A stretch of 61,406 nucleotides of DNA, filler included. It is 4 parts of 4 records of this genome, joined end to end, with 100 filler letters (N's around TTAATTAATTAA, not from the genome) between each part and the next. Parts side by side here need not be neighbours in the genome. Positions count along the whole stretch, not along the records: positions 22,182 to 42,859 come from DRR723986_7144; positions 42,960 to 54,842 come from DRR723986_7154; 2 more parts are not named here. One strand, written 5' to 3'. A program made the position numbers and the translations under genes. Below, in pieces: positions 40,440 through 50,982 of the stretch. How positions within the stretch are numbered: the stretch's first letter is position 1; each line of letters begins with the position of its first letter. The notes beneath the pieces were generated by a model. It did no database searches. It worked only from the letters and a program-made list of their open reading frames with translations, and was not told the origin of the DNA.

Positions 40440-41285
40440 ATGCACCCGCAAATATTGGGGTTTTTAAGGTTTTCGTTTTTCGGCCCCAGCGATACAAAGC
40501 TGGATTATTCCGACAGGCAAGCAGCCTTTGACAGGCTTTACAGCCCCCGGCGCATGGAAACCCGGTTTCAGCTGTTCGAACATATGGTGCTGCCGGGGTT
40601 TCAGGCGCAAACAGACCCTGATTTTAAGCTTGTCGTCTTAAGCTCGGCCATCATGCCCGAGGCATACCGCACCCGCCTGGCCCAGCTTTGCGCCAGCCTG
40701 CCCCAGATCGAGCTGATTTTTGCAGAAGGCGAAAGCATCGGCCCCGAAGTGGGCCGCTACACGCTAAATCCGGCTGTCGCGGGGCAGGGCTTGTTGCAGT
40801 TTCGCTGCGATGATGATGATGCCATATCGCAAAATTTTATCGCCACGTTACGCAGCTGGGCGCCGCATTTGGCCAGCGACATGTTGCTGACCATGCCCAA
40901 AGGCCTGATGCTGTGGCTACGCGATGGCAAACCCGAATTGTTGCCAATGTTTCGCCCCCATACCGGGGCAGGATATGCGTTTTACGCCAGCGGCCCATCG
41001 CGGCGCAATGTTTTTGGCTTTTCGCATATCAAATCAGGGCGCAGGTTTCCTTCGCTGTCAGATCCACGGCTTTTTGCCTATATCCAGTCGTTCACCGACA
41101 CATCCGATACCGCCGCCCGCGCACCCCGCAAAATTGCGTATTTTTTGAAAACAGCGGGTGTCGATCTGCGCCAAGACCATAGCAAATTCGTGCAGCGCGC
41201 CCTGCAAGGCGATTTTGCCTATACCAGCGCCGATGCTTTGCGGGCGCTTTTGCAACAGGTGCACGATCTGCCCCAACAGCCCTAA
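40440..41285 (+). CDS. Putative glycosyltransferase (roseobacter 'rhamnosyl transferase' family)
   Basis: GFLRFS, RFQLFE...LP...QTDPDF, FRCDDDDA motif. Confidence 0.8.
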   Translation: MHPQILGFLRFSFFGPSDTKLDYSDRQAAFDRLYSPRRMETRFQLFEHMVLPGFQAQTDPDFKLVVLSSAIMPEAYRTRLAQLCASLPQIELIFAEGESIGPEVGRYTLNPAVAGQGLLQFRCDDDDAISQNFIATLRSWAPHLASDMLLTMPKGLMLWLRDGKPELLPMFRPHTGAGYAFYASGPSRRNVFGFSHIKSGRRFPSLSDPRLFAYIQSFTDTSDTAARAPRKIAYFLKTAGVDLRQDHSKFVQRALQGDFAYTSADALRALLQQVHDLPQQP

Positions 41286-41920
41286 TCGACCTGGGGTTTG
41301 CGGGTGTTTTCATTGGCCCGCCCCCACCAGGGCAATTTCAGGCCCAAAAACGCCTCTAGCTGGCTTTGTGCCGCAGGGTCGGCGATATCGTATTCCAGAA
41401 AATCCGGCGCACCGGCAAAGACCTGCCTGCAAAAGGCGTAATGCCCCTCGATCCAGCGGATGCGTTCGCCATCGGTCTGGCCATAGCCCAAGGGCAAGCC
41501 CGGAATGGTGTTTTGCGGCAGGCGCCGGTTGCCCAGGTTCGAACAGCGCGCCATGCTGTCAGATAGCGCTGCTGCGTCGCGATATGTCAGCACAAAGCGC
41601 GCGCCGGGGTGATGCTGGCGAATGGCCGATAGCAGCCCCCAGTCGGTTTGCGGCCACAGGTTTAGCCCGTTGCGCACAATGTCAATTTCGCTAAAGGCAT
41701 CGAATTCGGGCATCAAGGCCAGCGGGTCGCCATGGCTGAAATACCCGTCATACATCAACCGCCCAACGAAACTGCGCACTATGGCACGGTTTTCGGTTTG
41801 CCCGGGCCTGATGCGCCAGTCAGCCACCCGCAGGCCCGCCTGTTTCAGCGCCTCGCCCAATGTTGTGGTGCCTGACTTTGGCAAACCCAAATTGATGATT
41901 TTCAGCGCCGCCGCATTCAC
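41282..41920 (-). CDS. Sulfotransferase-family protein
   Basis: PAPS-binding loop NLGLPKSGTTTL, ARFVLTYR; GTG start inferred. Confidence 0.8.
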   Translation of the reverse strand: MNAAALKIINLGLPKSGTTTLGEALKQAGLRVADWRIRPGQTENRAIVRSFVGRLMYDGYFSHGDPLALMPEFDAFSEIDIVRNGLNLWPQTDWGLLSAIRQHHPGARFVLTYRDAAALSDSMARCSNLGNRRLPQNTIPGLPLGYGQTDGERIRWIEGHYAFCRQVFAGAPDFLEYDIADPAAQSQLEAFLGLKLPWWGRANENTRKPQVD

Positions 41921-41997
41921 GCCATACCCCCAAACACTGGTAAAAACTGCCGCCAAACAGGCCATATAACCCCCCGCACCGCAAGGGGGGCAGGCGC

Positions 41998-42570
41998 CTA
42001 TTCCAGCGGCCTGTGCACAAATTCTGGCCTGGGCCCGCCGCGCGCCCAGGTCATTTGTTCCTCTGTCTCGATGGCGCAGGGGCGGATATGGCGCAGCCTG
42101 GCCAAGGCGGCGCTGGCAGGTTCGCCCGCATCCACCATCAGTCGCAGCGCCACCATGCCCGATCGCCCACACCCGCCCATGCAATGCACCAACACCCGCC
42201 CGCCCCCGCGTAACGCTGTCAGCGCGCCGGTCGATAGCGTGGGCCACTTGGCCTGCTGCGCCTTGTCTGGAACGCCGTAATCAGCGATGGGCATATGCAC
42301 CCAGCGCGCACCGCGGCTTTGCATGTCTTGGCCCAATTGGCTGGCATTTTGCGCCGCCATTTCAGCCGCAGTTACCAGCGTAATCACCAAGGCAGGGCGC
42401 CATTCGCGGATATGCTCAATATCATCGGCATAGGCGCCATCGCGCCCGGGCATGGGGCACAGGGCCAAAATGCCCCCGCCCACGGGTAATGCATGAATGA
42501 CAATGCCTGCCACGCGCGGCCCTCCTGTTATGGGCGCAGTGTGCCGGGCAATCTGGCGGGCGTGCAACAT
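41998..42570 (-). CDS. Cys-based dual-specificity protein phosphatase (CDKN3-like)
   Basis: PIADYGVP, HCMGGCGRSG (CX5R), RPCAIETEEQ; start uncertain (42570 ATG or 42513 GTG). Confidence 0.85.
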   Translation of the reverse strand: MLHARQIARHTAPITGGPRVAGIVIHALPVGGGILALCPMPGRDGAYADDIEHIREWRPALVITLVTAAEMAAQNASQLGQDMQSRGARWVHMPIADYGVPDKAQQAKWPTLSTGALTALRGGGRVLVHCMGGCGRSGMVALRLMVDAGEPASAALARLRHIRPCAIETEEQMTWARGGPRPEFVHRPLE

Positions 42571-42679
42571 CTCTTTCGCGCCTTTGCCCCATCTGCCAGC
42601 ACACCACGGCTGGACGCTTGGCGCCCAAGCGCATAGTGTATGCGCACCTGCCCAACTGGCACCCGAAACCGAGGCCCAA

Positions 42680-42859
42680 ATGAGCGAAACTGCCAAAACA
42701 GGCTATCAGGTTCTGGCGCGGAAATACCGCCCCGAAACCTTTGCCGATCTGGTCGGACAAGAGGCAATGGTGCGCACCCTGCGCAATGCCTTTCAGGCCG
42801 ATCGTATCGCGCAGGCCTTTATCATGACGGGCATTCGCGGCACCGGCAAAACCACCACC
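42680..42859 (+). CDS. dnaX: DNA polymerase III subunit gamma/tau, N-terminal fragment
   Basis: YQVLARKYRPETFADLVGQE, GIRGTGKTT; runs into contig edge. Confidence 0.95.
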
Positions 42860-42959
42860 NNNNNNNNNNNNNNNNNNNNNNNNNNNNNNNNNNNNNNNNN
42901 NNNTTAATTAATTAANNNNNNNNNNNNNNNNNNNNNNNNNNNNNNNNNNNNNNNNNNNN
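42860..42959. other. Artificial contig spacer
   Basis: 44 N + TTAATTAATTAA + 44 N. Confidence 0.99.
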
Positions 42960-43319
42960 GCCGAGGGCCGGCCGCAGGTTCTGATCCCCGCCCCCATGCA
43001 CTGGACCCGGCGCTGGCAACGGGGCTTCAATCAGGCCCAGGATATTGCCGAGGCGGTGGGAAGGCGACTGGACCTGCCTGTCAACGCCCGTCTGGTGCGA
43101 CGAACGCGACGGGTTCACGCACAACGGAAACTGGACCGGACAAGCCGACTGGCCAATCTTCAGGGGCTGTTTGAGGTTACCGGACCGGTGCCGGCAAACG
43201 TCGCCATTGTTGATGACGTGGTCACTACCGGAGCCACCGTTCGCGAGCTGGCCTCGGTGCTCACCAGAGCGGGAGCGAAGGAAATCCAGGTCTGGGCACT
43301 GGCGCGTACACCCGGCTGA
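42960..43319 (+). CDS. comF: ComF-family amidophosphoribosyltransferase-like protein (5' partial)
   Basis: LIPAPMHW..RGFNQA, IVDDVVTTGAT; frame open to contig edge. Confidence 0.9.
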   Translation, partial: AEGRPQVLIPAPMHWTRRWQRGFNQAQDIAEAVGRRLDLPVNARLVRRTRRVHAQRKLDRTSRLANLQGLFEVTGPVPANVAIVDDVVTTGATVRELASVLTRAGAKEIQVWALARTPG

Positions 43320-44432
43320 TCAATTGGCGAGTTCTGTCAGTACGTGTCCGGCGATGGCCAGACACGAGGTGAGTCCTGGCGACTCAATCCCGAACAGATT
43401 GACCAGGCCGTCAATACCATGTTTCTCAGGGCCATCGATGCGGAAATCGGCAAAGCCGCCATCCGGGCCCGCCAGTTTAGGGCGAATGCCCGCATAAGCC
43501 GGCTGCAGACGGGCCTCGTCCAGGGACGGCCACCAGCGCCGGATACTGTCGGCAAATCCACGAACACGCTGCGGATCGACCCGATAGCTTTCTTCGTCAA
43601 TCCATTCAACATCCGGCCCAAACCTGGCCTGGCCAGCCAGATCGAGAGTCAGATGAATGCCGAGCCCACCGGGTTCGGGTATGGGATAGATCAGAGTATT
43701 GAATGGATGGCGGCCACTGAAGCTGAAATACACACCACGGGCCAACCATTGTTCCGGCCGCGCACGCTCTGGCAACCCCGACCACAGCCCCGCAAGTGCC
43801 GGGGCGCCAAGTCCAGCGGCGTTAATCACTTCCCGAGCCTTCAGGGTCAGATCTCCGGCCTCACCCACCTTCAGAACATGCCCCTCAGGACCGGATTCGG
43901 CAAACACCACCGGACTGTTCAACGCAATCTGGCCACCGGCGTCTTCCAGATCACCCTGCAGCGCCAGCATCAGGCCATGACTGTCTACGATCCCGGTTTG
44001 CGAAGACCAGAGCCCGGCAGTCGCCCGGATCGAGGGCACTTGGCACGCCATCGCGGCACCTTCATATAACACCAGCGGTACACCATTTCGGCCCGCCTGC
44101 GCCTGAATGCCAACAAGACGTTCGGCCTGCGCGGCGTCACTGGCGATGATCCACTTCCCGCATTTTCGATGCACAACCTTATGGCTGACACAGTATTCAT
44201 AAAGCTGTTGCCGGCCTTCCACGCACAATCGAGCCTTGAGGGAATACTCCGGGTAGTAGATACCGGCATGAATGACTTCGCTGTTGCGGGAGGATATGCC
44301 TTCACCAATGGCGGCACCGGCTTCCAGCACCAGCACCTCTCTCCCCGAACGGGCCAGCGCACGCGCAATGGCAAGTCCTACTACGCCGGCGCCGATTACT
44401 ACGGTCTGTGTACTGAACTGCTCCTGAGCCAC
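43320..44432 (-). CDS. FAD-dependent oxidoreductase, L-2-hydroxyglutarate oxidase-like
   Basis: GAGVVG, SSRNSEVIHAGIYY, LGIHLT, AGIRPK, GIESPGLT. Confidence 0.88.
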   Translation of the reverse strand: MAQEQFSTQTVVIGAGVVGLAIARALARSGREVLVLEAGAAIGEGISSRNSEVIHAGIYYPEYSLKARLCVEGRQQLYEYCVSHKVVHRKCGKWIIASDAAQAERLVGIQAQAGRNGVPLVLYEGAAMACQVPSIRATAGLWSSQTGIVDSHGLMLALQGDLEDAGGQIALNSPVVFAESGPEGHVLKVGEAGDLTLKAREVINAAGLGAPALAGLWSGLPERARPEQWLARGVYFSFSGRHPFNTLIYPIPEPGGLGIHLTLDLAGQARFGPDVEWIDEESYRVDPQRVRGFADSIRRWWPSLDEARLQPAYAGIRPKLAGPDGGFADFRIDGPEKHGIDGLVNLFGIESPGLTSCLAIAGHVLTELAN

Positions 44433-44555
44433 TCCGCATTCCTCTACCCTGCTCTCTGGCAGGGAAATTACCGCAGATCAACGCTGGTTGCATTACCTGC
44501 CCGCCAAGAACCGTTATACTTGCCCCAAGACAGAACGAACGCATGGAGCCTGGCG

Positions 44556-44978
44556 ATGTCTGATAGAAAACAGTTTATTACCGTTATGGTGGTTGCCGCG
44601 CTTTTTGTTGGCTGGATTGGCTGGCGTGGCTTTGAAGTGACCCACCTGAACGCGCAACTGAAGGAAGACAGAGTCGTCGCCGGTTACCCGTACCAGCACC
44701 GCGTATTGAGGGTTGAGGGAGATACTGCCGTCATCAGTTCTCTTCGGTCCCACTCGGTATCAACCCAGAAGGCCCTGACCGCCGTATTCCCCGGCATGCG
44801 CCATCTGGCAGACACCCATCGCGACTGGCAGAAAGCTGAACGGGAGCTTGCCCAGGTTCAGGCCAGAGCCGGGGATCTCGTTCTGGCCACGGGGCGGGTC
44901 AACCGCATTCGCTGGGAGCTGGACGAAAACTGGTACCATTTGCAATCCATGAAAACCCGATACGACACCACATTCTGA
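44556..44978 (+). CDS. Hypothetical membrane-anchored protein
   Basis: GGAG RBS, N-terminal TM helix, YPYQHRVL, WELDENW; ends 5 nt before srkA. Confidence 0.7.
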   Translation: MSDRKQFITVMVVAALFVGWIGWRGFEVTHLNAQLKEDRVVAGYPYQHRVLRVEGDTAVISSLRSHSVSTQKALTAVFPGMRHLADTHRDWQKAERELAQVQARAGDLVLATGRVNRIRWELDENWYHLQSMKTRYDTTF

Positions 44979-44983
44979 GCCCT

Positions 44984-46003
44984 ATGCAGACTGAACCTCC
45001 GGCGATCACCCCGTCCTCGCATCCCTACGATGCCCTCACCCCGGAAGTCATTCTGGATGCCATTGAGGCGCAGGGATTCGAGGTCAACGGCCGGCTGTTT
45101 GCCCTGAACAGCTATGAGAACCGCGTCTATCAGGTCGGCATTGAAGACAAGCCACCGGTAATTGCCAAATTCTACCGTCCAGGCCGCTGGCCAGATGCGG
45201 CGATTCTGGAAGAACACGAATTTACCCTGTCACTGCAGGAGGCCGGGGTGCCCGTGGTTGCCCCTTTGGTGCTGCCGGGCGGGCATTCCCTCGGCCAGTA
45301 CGGGGATTTCAGATTCGCGGTATTTCCGCAACGCGGCGGCCAGGCCCCGGATACCAGTGTGACCGACACCCTGTATAGACTGGGCCAGTGGCTGGGGCAG
45401 ATTCACAACATTGGTGCCCTGAAATCGTTCGAGTACAGACCCGGGTTTGATCTGTTGGCGGGGCTGGAACAAAACAACCAGGTGCTGGTGGACGGCAACT
45501 GGATTCCCGATGATCTCAAACCGGCCTGGAATTCCCTGGTTCCGGACCTGATCGCCAACTGCCGTGAACGGATAGCCGAAGCCGGCCCGGTAGACACCTT
45601 GCGCATTCACGGTGATTGTCACGCCGGCAACATTCTGTGCCGGGACGAAACCATGCTGTTTGTGGATCTGGACGACTGCCGCACCGGCCCGGCAGTCCAG
45701 GACATGTGGCTGCTTCTGAACGGAGACGCCAGTGAGCGGGGCGCCCAGCTTGGCGAATTGCTCGAAGGCTATGAAATGTTCCGGGATTTCAATCGTCGCG
45801 AACGCCACCTGATTGAACCCCTGCGATGCTACCGGCAAATCGCCCACTGTGCGTGGCTGGCAAGGCGCTGGGAAGATCCGGCCTTCCCGAGATTCTTCCC
45901 CTGGTTTTCACAGCCGCGGTTCTGGTCAGACCAGATCCTGTCCTTACGGGAACAGCTGGCCGCACTACAGGAACCGGCTATCAGCCTGCCGGGCCAATTC
46001 TGA
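44984..46003 (+). CDS. srkA: Stress response Ser/Thr kinase SrkA (RdoA/YihE)
   Basis: LNSYENRVY, KFYRPGRW, IHGDCHAGN, DLDD, WEDPAFP. Confidence 0.93.
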   Translation: MQTEPPAITPSSHPYDALTPEVILDAIEAQGFEVNGRLFALNSYENRVYQVGIEDKPPVIAKFYRPGRWPDAAILEEHEFTLSLQEAGVPVVAPLVLPGGHSLGQYGDFRFAVFPQRGGQAPDTSVTDTLYRLGQWLGQIHNIGALKSFEYRPGFDLLAGLEQNNQVLVDGNWIPDDLKPAWNSLVPDLIANCRERIAEAGPVDTLRIHGDCHAGNILCRDETMLFVDLDDCRTGPAVQDMWLLLNGDASERGAQLGELLEGYEMFRDFNRRERHLIEPLRCYRQIAHCAWLARRWEDPAFPRFFPWFSQPRFWSDQILSLREQLAALQEPAISLPGQF

Positions 46004-46023
46004 TTTTCTGACACGAGGTACCC

Positions 46024-46404
46024 ATGAGCGATAACGAACGGCGTTTCACAGCCAAAAGCCTGATTGTTACCGGAGTTGCCGCCATCGTCGGCACGGTACT
46101 GGTGCTGGAAGCGTCTGGCCGGATTGATCACTCCGACAACAAGGACCACGCTCCGGTGGGTGAATTTACCGCCATTCACGTCAAACCCGGCGAAACCTTC
46201 CGTATGTCCCGCAAATCCTCGGAGCTGCATGCCGTTTGTGAGAATGGCTACCTGGCCATTGCCGCCGATGTCGATCCCTCTTTCCGGGGCATTCTGGTCG
46301 ACTACAAAAACCGTGGGGTTCGCTGCGCACGGCCGTCTCCTACCGACAAAGATCTGGCTACCCCTCGCCCTGATGAGCGCGAGGCCGGAGCGGGCGATGA
46401 GTAA
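46024..46404 (+). CDS. Hypothetical membrane-anchored protein with two Cys
   Basis: GAGGT RBS, N-terminal TM helix, overlaps cmoA start by 8 nt. Confidence 0.7.
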   Translation: MSDNERRFTAKSLIVTGVAAIVGTVLVLEASGRIDHSDNKDHAPVGEFTAIHVKPGETFRMSRKSSELHAVCENGYLAIAADVDPSFRGILVDYKNRGVRCARPSPTDKDLATPRPDEREAGAGDE

Positions 46405-47149
46405 TCGCACGCCCCCGGAGCAACTAACCGACCGGTTATTTGCCACCGAGCGCAATCCGGACGATTTCCGCTTTGACGCGTCCGTAGCCCGGGTGTTTCC
46501 GGACATGATTCGTCGCTCTGTACCCGGCTACACCACCATCATCCCGATGATTGAGGTGATCACGGAACAGTACGTTCAGCCGGGCTCACATTGTTACGAC
46601 CTTGGCTGCTCGCTCGGTGCGTCCACCCTGGCCATGCGCCACGGCATACCCTACCCGGACTGCACCCTGGTGGGCGTGGACAATTCCGAGGCCATGATTG
46701 AGCGATGTGAGCATTATGTCGCTCTGGATGATCACGACCTGCCGGTTACACTGCGCTGCGAGGACATCCTGGGCACCGAACTGAGCAATGCCTCAGTCAC
46801 CACCCTGAACTTCACGCTGCAGTTCGTGCCGCCCGAGCAGCGGTTGGCCCTGCTGACCCGTATCGGCGACGCCACCCTGCCCGGCGGCGTGCTGGTTTTG
46901 TCCGAGAAGATCCGATTTGAATCCGACGCGGAACAGGCCATCCAGACCCGCCTTCACCACGAGTTCAAGCGGGCCAACGGCTATTCGGATCTGGAAATCA
47001 GCCAGAAGCGTGCCGCCATCGAGAAAGTGCTGATCCCGGAAACCCTGGCAAACCACCGGGACCGATTGCAGCGCGCCGGCTTTGACCAGGTACTGGTGTG
47101 GTACCAGTGCTTCAATTTTGTCTCGATGCTGGCCATCAAGAATTCCTGA
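46397..47149 (+). CDS. cmoA: Carboxy-S-adenosyl-L-methionine synthase
   Basis: VFPDMIRRSVPGY, YDLGCSLGA, NFTLQF, KRANGYS, QCFNF. Confidence 0.96.
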   Translation: MSNRTPPEQLTDRLFATERNPDDFRFDASVARVFPDMIRRSVPGYTTIIPMIEVITEQYVQPGSHCYDLGCSLGASTLAMRHGIPYPDCTLVGVDNSEAMIERCEHYVALDDHDLPVTLRCEDILGTELSNASVTTLNFTLQFVPPEQRLALLTRIGDATLPGGVLVLSEKIRFESDAEQAIQTRLHHEFKRANGYSDLEISQKRAAIEKVLIPETLANHRDRLQRAGFDQVLVWYQCFNFVSMLAIKNS

Positions 47150-47171
47150 CTTATCCACCGAAAGACACTCC

Positions 47172-48164
47172 ATGGCACTGTTTGACTGGCACAAGCACTT
47201 TGATCCCGTTCTTTCCTACCTGAACGAAACCGGTAACACCCGGTGGACCACAGCCCTGAAAGAACAACTCACTCGACGGTTTGAGGACAACCCCCACGGC
47301 GATATGGAACGCTGGCACAACGCACTGCAGTCCTTGCCAGACGTTGCCGATGCCAGGGTCGACCTGAATCAGTCTGCAATCACGTTGACCAGCCCCAGCG
47401 GCCTGGATCCAGACGCCATGAACCGCCTTGAGAACGGATTACGGGGACTGATGCCCTGGCGTAAGGGCCCGTTCGATTTCTTCGGCACCTATATTGACAC
47501 CGAATGGCGCTCAGACTGGAAATGGGACCGGGTAGCGCCGCATCTGGCCGATCTACGGGGGCGCACCATTCTGGATGTGGGCTGCGGCTCCGGTTACCAT
47601 TGCTGGCGCATGGCCGGTGCCGGGGCCCGGCAGGTGATCGGCATCGACCCAGGGCTGCTGTTCATGTTCCAGTTCCTGGCGGTCAAAGGGTATCTGGGCC
47701 AGGCACCGGTAGACCTGCTACCGGTGCGCATGGAAGATCTCCCGGCCGACATGGAATGTTTTGACACCACTTTTTCCATGGGCGTGCTGTATCACCGCCG
47801 TTCCCCGCTGGACCATCTGCTGGAACTCAAGGGCACGCTGCGTCGCGGCGGCGAACTGGTGCTGGAAACCCTGGTTGTAGACGGCCCGGAGGGCTACAGC
47901 CTGATGCCCGAAGACCGTTACGGCCAGATGCGCAACGTCTGGTTCTTGCCGAGCTGCCCGACGCTGCTCAGGTGGCTGGACAGAACCGGGTTCCGCAACG
48001 CCCGGGTGGTAGACGTCAGTGAGACCACCACCGATGAGCAGCGCCAGACCGACTGGATGCGTTTCAATTCACTGGCGGACTTTCTGGACCCAGACAATCC
48101 CTCGAAAACCATTGAGGGCTACCCGGGCCCCAAGCGGGCGACATTGATCGCGGAAAAGCCCTGA
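47172..48164 (+). CDS. cmoB: tRNA U34 carboxymethyltransferase
   Basis: PWRKGP, IDTEWRSDWKW, LDVGCGSGYH, MGVLYHRRSP, TIEGYP. Confidence 0.96.
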   Translation: MALFDWHKHFDPVLSYLNETGNTRWTTALKEQLTRRFEDNPHGDMERWHNALQSLPDVADARVDLNQSAITLTSPSGLDPDAMNRLENGLRGLMPWRKGPFDFFGTYIDTEWRSDWKWDRVAPHLADLRGRTILDVGCGSGYHCWRMAGAGARQVIGIDPGLLFMFQFLAVKGYLGQAPVDLLPVRMEDLPADMECFDTTFSMGVLYHRRSPLDHLLELKGTLRRGGELVLETLVVDGPEGYSLMPEDRYGQMRNVWFLPSCPTLLRWLDRTGFRNARVVDVSETTTDEQRQTDWMRFNSLADFLDPDNPSKTIEGYPGPKRATLIAEKP

Positions 48165-48188
48165 CACCCTGCACCGGAAAACCGGCAC

Positions 48189-48226
48189 AAAAAAACCGCC
48201 TGGGGCATCCACCACAGGCGGTTTTT
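48189..48226. terminator. Bidirectional intrinsic terminator
   Basis: AAAAAAACCGCCTG...CAGGCGGTTTTT between convergent cmoB and purA. Confidence 0.88.
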
Positions 48227-48240
48227 ATTAGCTTCTGAAC

Positions 48241-49545
<1,305 letters not shown>

Positions 49546-49609
49546 TCAATTCAGACGGGCCAGAAGCACACGCCCTGAAGATTTACCCCGGAAATTAAAC
49601 AAAAACGGC

Positions 49610-50791
49610 TCAGGCGATGGTTTCTACCACCCATTGGCCATCACGATTCACCAGTTGACGGTCACACCCCCGCTCCGAGGGATCCGTCTCACGATCATCC
49701 GGCAATGCCCGGATCACCGTTTCAGTCATTCTCAGGCCGGAAATCACGCCTTCCAGCCTGGCATCGTTGTCCGCTGGCGCCCATATGGCTCCGGCTTTAC
49801 GGAACGGGCGTTCGCCCAGCGACACCAGTGCACGGATATCCAGACTGAACCCGGTGGCAGGCCGCGCGCGGCCAAAGTCACTGCCAATAGCGTCATATCG
49901 ACCACCTTTCGCCACAGCATCGCCATGGCCCGGCACATAGGCCGCAAAGACCAAACCGGTGTGATAGTTGTATCCGCGCAATTCACAAAAGTCGAAGCCC
50001 AGGCTGACTTCCGGAAAATCGCGGTTCAACATGTCCGCCACTCGGGCAAGTTGATCCAGCGCCGCATCAATAGCACCGGAGGCGCCACTGAGAATTTCCC
50101 GGGCATCGGCCAGGGATTCTACCCCACCGCTGACCCTGGCCAACTGGCGCAACCTGAAACCGGCAGAGCCCGGCACACACTCACCCAGCAGGCGATCCAG
50201 CTCGGGTACGGACTTGCGTGCCATGGCATCAAACACCGCCGCTTCGGTATCACGATCAAATCCGGCGTCAGAAACCAGGCTTTCATAAATCGAAACGTGA
50301 GCCAGGTCCAGATGCAGTCTGGGCAAACCGGCCACGCGCAGGGTTTCCAGCATCAGACTGATCACTTCCATATCGGCAGCTTCGGAGCCACTGCCAAACA
50401 GCTCACAACCGGCCTGTATCGGTGTCCGTCCGGTCAGCATGTGGCGAGGTCGGGTATGCAGCACATGTCCGGCATAGCAGAGCCGGGTAATGCCGTCCTG
50501 GCCCAGGGTATGGGCGTCTATGCGGGCAGCCTGGGGCGTCATATCGGCGCGAACACCCATCATCCGACCGGTCAGCTGATCGGTCAGTTTGAACGTCTGC
50601 AATTCCAGGTCGTGGCCTGTACCGGTAAAGAGGGATTCGAGATATTCAATCAGCGGAGGAATAACCAGCTGGTAGCCCCAGCGCTGGCAGGTATCCATAA
50701 CATCCCGGCGCAGGGACTCGATCCGCCCGGCCAGCGGCGGCAGAATGTCCTCTACCCCGTCAGGCAGTAACCAGCGATCAGATACAGTCAT
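49610..50791 (-). CDS. hisZ: ATP phosphoribosyltransferase regulatory subunit
   Basis: WLLPDGVED, RADMTPQAARID, GGRYD, RPATGFS; upstream of purA. Confidence 0.94.
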   Translation of the reverse strand: MTVSDRWLLPDGVEDILPPLAGRIESLRRDVMDTCQRWGYQLVIPPLIEYLESLFTGTGHDLELQTFKLTDQLTGRMMGVRADMTPQAARIDAHTLGQDGITRLCYAGHVLHTRPRHMLTGRTPIQAGCELFGSGSEAADMEVISLMLETLRVAGLPRLHLDLAHVSIYESLVSDAGFDRDTEAAVFDAMARKSVPELDRLLGECVPGSAGFRLRQLARVSGGVESLADAREILSGASGAIDAALDQLARVADMLNRDFPEVSLGFDFCELRGYNYHTGLVFAAYVPGHGDAVAKGGRYDAIGSDFGRARPATGFSLDIRALVSLGERPFRKAGAIWAPADNDARLEGVISGLRMTETVIRALPDDRETDPSERGCDRQLVNRDGQWVVETIA

Positions 50792-50913
50792 GAGATTCTG
50801 TTGTCCGTTTCTCCCACGCTGGCCATAGGACCAGGGGGTAACTCAGGATTTAGGCGCTCGGGCTCAGAAAACCCGACACAAAACCGCCAGAATTTTACAC
50901 GGTTGGCAGGCAC

Positions 50914-50962
50914 AAAAAAACCGGAATCCAGGGGTTCAGTAAAAATTCCCCGCAGATTCCGG
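50914..50962 (-). terminator. Intrinsic terminator after hflC
   Basis: Minus strand CCGGAATC...GATTCCGG followed by T7. Confidence 0.75.
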
Positions 50963-50982
50963 CTTGGCTGGTGTCAGCCGGC

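Noticed and set aside
42571-42679. Possible SRP RNA (ffs) upstream of dnaX
   Set aside because: No TCAGG..GGAA..AGCAG core motif visible
25661-48164. trhO and cmoA/cmoB form consecutive steps of cmo5U34 synthesis in one window
   Set aside because: They lie on different contigs from different bacterial classes, so the co-occurrence is accidental
50792-50982. Gap between hflC and hisZ where some genomes carry DUF2065/yjeT
   Set aside because: Only a terminator and probable promoter sequence; absence of this small gene is unremarkable
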